Shown piece after piece: positions 58,828 to 64,000 of a DNA stretch of 64,000 nucleotides. The stretch is from NCBI GenBank assembly GCA_951406725.2, contig OX597830.1:64914001-64978000 (forward strand). Reading direction: 5' to 3'. Each line of letters opens with the position of its first letter. The stretch's first letter is position 1. The translations under genes were made by a program, and so were the position numbers. The DNA is from Octopus vulgaris. Its lineage: Eukaryota. The notes beneath the pieces were generated by a model that saw only the letters and a list, made by a program, of their open reading frames with translations, was not told where the DNA came from and ran no database searches.

Positions 58828-59040
58828 TATCGACCCCAGTGCGTAACTGGTACTTATTTAATCGATCCCGAAAGCATGAAAGGCAAAGTCAAATTCCGCC
58901 GAGGTTGACTTAGCCTTTCATCCTTTCGGGGTCGATTAAATAAGTACCAGTTACGCACTGGGGTCGATATAATCGACTTATTCCGTTCGTCTATCCTTGT
59001 TTGTCCTCTCTGCGTTTAGCTCCTTGTGGGTAGTAAAAAA
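58828..59040. mobile_element. SINE family A with fold-back inversion
   Basis: 58828-58892 is inverted relative to 58905-58969, 12-nt spacer. Confidence 0.88.
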
Positions 59041-60031
59041 AAAAGGTTATATACGGACACTTCAAAAAATTGCCTTTAAATCGTTGCATGACACTGAGAT
59101 GAAACTGATGTCGAAAACTATGACTCTGTATCAGAGAAGATTCTCATGGCTTCTTGATGCCCCACGGTATTGCCCTTTGATGATAGTGACAATGGGTGTG
59201 ATGCAGGTTTTCTCTGATTTGCTTACCCTCCGGCTTCACTTGGACCTGAAACTGGTAGTGGCTGGATGTAGCGTCAGCAACAGCAAATAGCCACACAAGC
59301 TGCCATTTTTGTTTTCATCTTTGTTTTCATGCGTAGCACCTGAGCATCCTTCATTCTATCACCGGCGCCATTGTTTGCCCATGTAAGAGGATGTAGACAT
59401 GTGCATAAAGTCATACATCTTAACGGAATAGTATATCTGAGTTAATATACCATAGCATCGGATTAGTACCTACCTTAACGACTTGTATTTACCTTATCGA
59501 CTGGTATTTAATTAACTTATTGATTTGTACGTACTTACCTTATTGATTCGTTCCTATTTACATGACTGACTCGTGCTTATCTACATTTACCGTCTGAAAT
59601 CTATTCATCGAAAGAATCAAACGCAAACATAATCTCTAAATTTAAACTCATAAAACGTAATGAGTTTTATCTCAAGATATTTTATCTGGTACTTTCAAAC
59701 ATCTGTCATCCACCGCTTTTGTTTGATTAATATTAACCTGACTAAACGTGTACAATGTCACACTGCAGTTAATTTAAATGAACCATGGCATTTGCAAAGC
59801 ACTCTACAGACTCAAGAATCACTCGGTAGGATTTCGTGTAAAACAAAAATCTTTGTAATTAAAAAACTGAAAGCATTCTAAGTTGTCCTAAAGACTTAAA
59901 GAAATAAAAAATCTTTCATTGTGTATTTCTAGTTGTTTGTTCTGCGTTGAGGCCTGATCTACATCACTTTGTTTTCCGTTTCCATATGTTCTATAAAATA
60001 TCCCTCATTTAGTCTACGATTTAATCAATTT

Positions 60032-60457
60032 AAGGCGGCGAGCTGGGAGAATTGTTAGCTCGCCGGACGAAGTGCTTAAAATAATTTCGTCTGTCTTTAC
60101 GTTCTGAGTTGAAATTCCACCGGAGTCGACTTTGCCTTTTTATCCTTCGCGGTCGATAAAACGGTTACCATGTGAGTATTGGAGTCGTTGTAATCGACTT
60201 ACATCCTCCCAGAAATTGCTGGTACCAAAACTTAAAATCAATTTAATCAATAATTCAAGGCGACTCCATGTATTTTACCAAGAACAAAGTACAAAGAAAT
60301 GTACTAATTAAAGTAGAGTAGAAACAACACATATGTCATTTTTTGCCCGCTACCAATCATAAAAGTAAGTGATTTACATTAATATCGAGTCTACTCTCAG
60401 CATTCATTTATATGTCTTAGAGACATATTGCATGCCTCATTAATATTATCTTACTGA

Positions 60458-60504
<47 letters not shown>

Positions 60505-60845
60505 TTCTTTTATCAGTAAGTTATAAGACATCATTATAAGTTGAATATGGCCGATATATTTTGCGTAAATGTGACGAGATTGAGAGTGTGCTGCTGATAT
60601 GGTGAAGCATAGCTTTATCAATGGTGGATAAGGCAGTCAGATGGCAGAATCATTGGCGCGCGGAGCGAATTGATTAGCTGTATTACGTCCGTCTTTACGT
60701 TTAGAGTGCAAATTCCATTGAGGTCGACTTTGCCTTTCATCCTTTCGGGGTCGAAAAATTAACTAGCAATTGCGTAATGGGGGTCGATGTAATCGACTAA
60801 TCCCCCTCCTCCAAATTTCAGGCCTTGTGCCTATAATAGAAAGGT
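60032..60845 (+). mobile_element. Two diverged SINE family A copies (~60032-60240, ~60630-60845)
   Basis: Head and core motifs as in other copies. Confidence 0.82.
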
Positions 60846-60990
60846 TTATTAATGGCGGATCAGTACCAAGCTATGGAAGTAATGATATACAGTATACATA
60901 GGGTCAGTAATAAAAAGATGTACATGAATTGTCGTCTGCCAATTGTCGTCTGCCAGCGGGGTAACGTACTCACACACACATACATAAACA

Positions 60991-61066
60991 CACATGCACG
61001 CACACATGCACGCACACATGCACGCACACATGCACGCACACATGCACGCACACATGCACGCACACA
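60991..61066 (+). repeat. 12-bp minisatellite (cacatgcacgca) x6
   Basis: Direct reading. Confidence 0.93.
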
Positions 61067-61067
61067 T

Positions 61068-61532
61068 TCTTTTATTCTTTTAGTCTTTTACTTGTTTCAG
61101 TCATTCGAATGCGGCCATACTGCAGCACCGTCCTAGAGGGTTTTTTATCGAAGTAATCGACCCCAGAATTTTTTGTTTGTAAGCCCAGTACTTATTCTAT
61201 CAGGTCTCTTTGGTCGAACCGCTAGGCTACGAGGACATAAACACACCAGCATCGGTTGTCAGGCAATGGCGATGGTACAAACACACACACAAATACATAC
61301 ATACATACATACATACATACATACATGCATACATACATACATACACACACACACACGCATATATGTATATATATATTCCACGGGGCTTCTTTCAGTTTCC
61401 GTCGACCAAATCCACTCACAAATGTTTGTTCGGGCCGAGGCTATAGTAGAACACACTTGCCCAAGATGTCACGCAGTGGGACTGAACCCGAAACTATATA
61501 TTTGTAAAGCAAGCTTCGTACCACACAACCAC
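61068..61532 (-). mobile_element. SINE family B
   Basis: Reverse complement of the consensus. Confidence 0.88.
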
Positions 61533-61847
61533 GTTAGACGACGGATGCTGAACAACCACACAGGATATTTCTATAGTGATCAAATGTTTGTGTGCACATA
61601 ATCTCGCTCTTACCATCCATGTCCAACACATCGGTTATGTCAAAGTAATCGCAGAGCTACCTCAAATGAAGAACACAACATACCACCTGGTCTGGGAATC
61701 GAAATCACAATCTCGTGATTTTGAGTGCAACATTGTAACCACTAGTCCGTGCGTCTCTACCTGTATGTGGTGTATGCGTTTGTGTGTGTGTGTATGTGTG
61801 CGTGTGTGTGCGTTTGATAATACAAACAGCAAAATGTATCTCAAAAC

Positions 61848-61894
<47 letters not shown>

Positions 61895-61914
61895 TATAAA
61901 TATATATATATATA

Positions 61915-62055
61915 GGCGCAGAAGTGGCTGTGTGGTAAGTAGCTTGCTTACCAACTACATGGTTCCGGGTCCAGTCCCAATGCGTGGCACCTACTTCTAT
62001 AGCCTCGGGACGACCAAAGCCTTTGGTAGACGGAAACTGCAAGAAGTCCGTCGTA

Positions 62056-62112
<57 letters not shown>

Positions 62113-62337
62113 GTGTGTGTGTGTGTTTGTTTGTGTTTGGCCCCCCCAACATCGCTTGACAACCGAAGCCGGTGCGTTTACGTCCCCGTAACATAGCGGT
62201 TCGGCGAAAGAGACCGATAGAATAAGTACTAGGCTTACAAAAGAATAAATCGTCCTAGAGTCGATTCGCTCGACTAAAGGCGGTGCTCCAGCATGACCAC
62301 AGTCAAATGACTGAAACAAGTAAAAGAATAAAAGAGT
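61915..62337 (+). mobile_element. SINE family B, with internal deletions
   Basis: ggcgcagaagtggctgtgtggtaagtagc...gactgaaacaagtaaaaga. Confidence 0.9.
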
Positions 62338-62730
62338 AATACATCCACAACTACACGCACACACACACACACACATACATATACATGCGTGTGTGTGTTT
62401 GTGCGTGTGTGTATGCACATATATACGTATATGAGATAAGCACGTATACACAAAAACACAAAACCGTTGATAGTGTGGTTACACATTTCACATACAGGAA
62501 AGTTATAAGAATTCTGAACATTATTAAAGGAAAGACTTCAGGGAATAGACTCAATATATTACAAGAGACAGTGATATGACATGGATGACACCTAAGATCA
62601 AACCTAAGATGGCGTTCGTTACAATAGAAATAGTTACCAAACGAACTCACGCACACAAACACACCTCCGCTTGCACACACTCAAAAATATACATTATATA
62701 TATATATATATATTATACATTTTATAAATA

Positions 62731-62996
62731 CAGTTGCGGCCAAAATGTTCAGAACGGCATTGTTTTCGTCAGAAAAGTAAGTATAAGTTTTTATCAAAGT
62801 AGTTTTATATTTAAATCCCTAAATCATCCATAACATTTGTATTATCCTCTCAAATTACTCCAAAATCTCAGGCAATAACAAATAATATCGTATTTATTGT
62901 CTGTGAAAATTATAGAATATAAAACAACTTTGATAAAAAATTATATCTACTTTTCTGACGAAAACAATGCCGTTCTGAACATTTTGGCCGCCACTG
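62731..62996. mobile_element. Tc1/mariner-type MITE (266 bp, ~80-bp TIRs, TA TSD)
   Basis: TA|cagttgcggccaaaatgttcagaacggcattgttttcgtcagaaaagta ... tacttttctgacgaaaacaatgccgttctgaacattttggccgccactg|TA; the CAGT..GGCCAAA terminus is Tc1-like. Confidence 0.9.
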
Positions 62997-63518
62997 TATA
63001 TTATATGTGTGGTTTGTGTGTGTCTGTATGTGTGTGTATGTGTGTGTGTGTGTGTGTGTGTTATATACTTGTATTACACATTAGGATGAAAAGAACATGA
63101 TTTACCCGTGTTGAAAAAATTGTCTATAAGAAAACTAACCTCGTTTTTGACGCCAAAGGCGCAAAATCGTGTACATACAGGTGTGAGTGTAGTGGAGGTA
63201 CATATACATATATATGTGTGTGTATTTATCTCTATGCGTGTGTGCGTATATACATATATATATGAACATATATATATATATATAAATATATATGTAACAA
63301 TATAATTACATATATACACACTTATATATACACATATATACACACACATATATATACACATATATACACACATATATAAGCGTATATATATGTATATATA
63401 TCCGTATATGTATGTGTATATATATATATATATATATACATACACATATATATATATATATGTATATATGTAGATATATATATATGTAAGTATGCATGTA
63501 TATATATACGTTATATTA

Positions 63519-63564
<46 letters not shown>

Positions 63565-64000
63565 TACATACATATATGTTGTGAATCTATGTATGTACAC
63601 ACTATAATTGGTGTTTGTATATGCGATATGCGTGTGTAGCAAATGCTATTGTATCGATGGAACGCTGCAGAAGATTTGGTCTCAGTAGTCGTCCATGTCA
63701 CAATATTGTCTTCTGTAATATATTATGTCCATTCCTTCAAGCACTTTCTTTAATTTTGGTTAGAATTCTCATCTTCTTCTGGAATATGAATGCATAACCT
63801 TCGAATCGAGGTGACAGCCAAACCACAATGTGTCATATGTATGTGTAAAGTGAAATATGCACACACATTATATATGTATTTGTGTGTGTATATTTATATA
63901 TGTATGTATATATATGTGGGGGGGGGGGTTGTGTGTGAATATATGTATATACACACACATATACATGTATTATATATATGTATGAATGTATATATGTATG

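Noticed and set aside
59050-59400. Unique, more GC-balanced stretch as a possible exon
   Set aside because: No recognisable product and no consistent splice-bounded open frame found on either strand.

Overview
Eukaryotic, AT-rich, extremely repeat-dense DNA, most likely an intron or intergenic region. The SINE repertoire and microsatellite load resemble an Octopus (coleoid cephalopod) genome, which is an inference from recalled repeat families, not a database hit. I cannot support any intact host protein-coding exon, RNA gene or CRISPR array; nearly all long ORFs in the track are microsatellite translations. Real coding remnants are all transposon-derived: a degenerate near-full-length L1/Tx1-type LINE (~8.4-12.1 kb) with three further fragments, a degenerate Penelope-like element (RT plus GIY-YIG, minus strand, ~39.1-41.7 kb) with two further PLE fragments, R4/Dong-type restriction-like-endonuclease 3' fragments sitting in (TAA)n, and a mariner 5' fragment. 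Non-coding elements include at least four tRNA-derived SINE families (dozens of copies), non-autonomous Helitron/Helentron elements and a Tc1-like MITE. The most interesting signal is a recurring set of minimal Penelope-type hammerhead-ribozyme motifs (best at 42239-42287) and several unrelated fold-back (palindrome plus single tail) elements inserted in (TA)n, two of which carry a hammerhead remnant followed by AATAAA. Together they suggest non-autonomous, hairpin-forming PLE derivatives. SINE boundaries are approximate (about +/-20 bp) unless a target-site duplication (TSD) is given.
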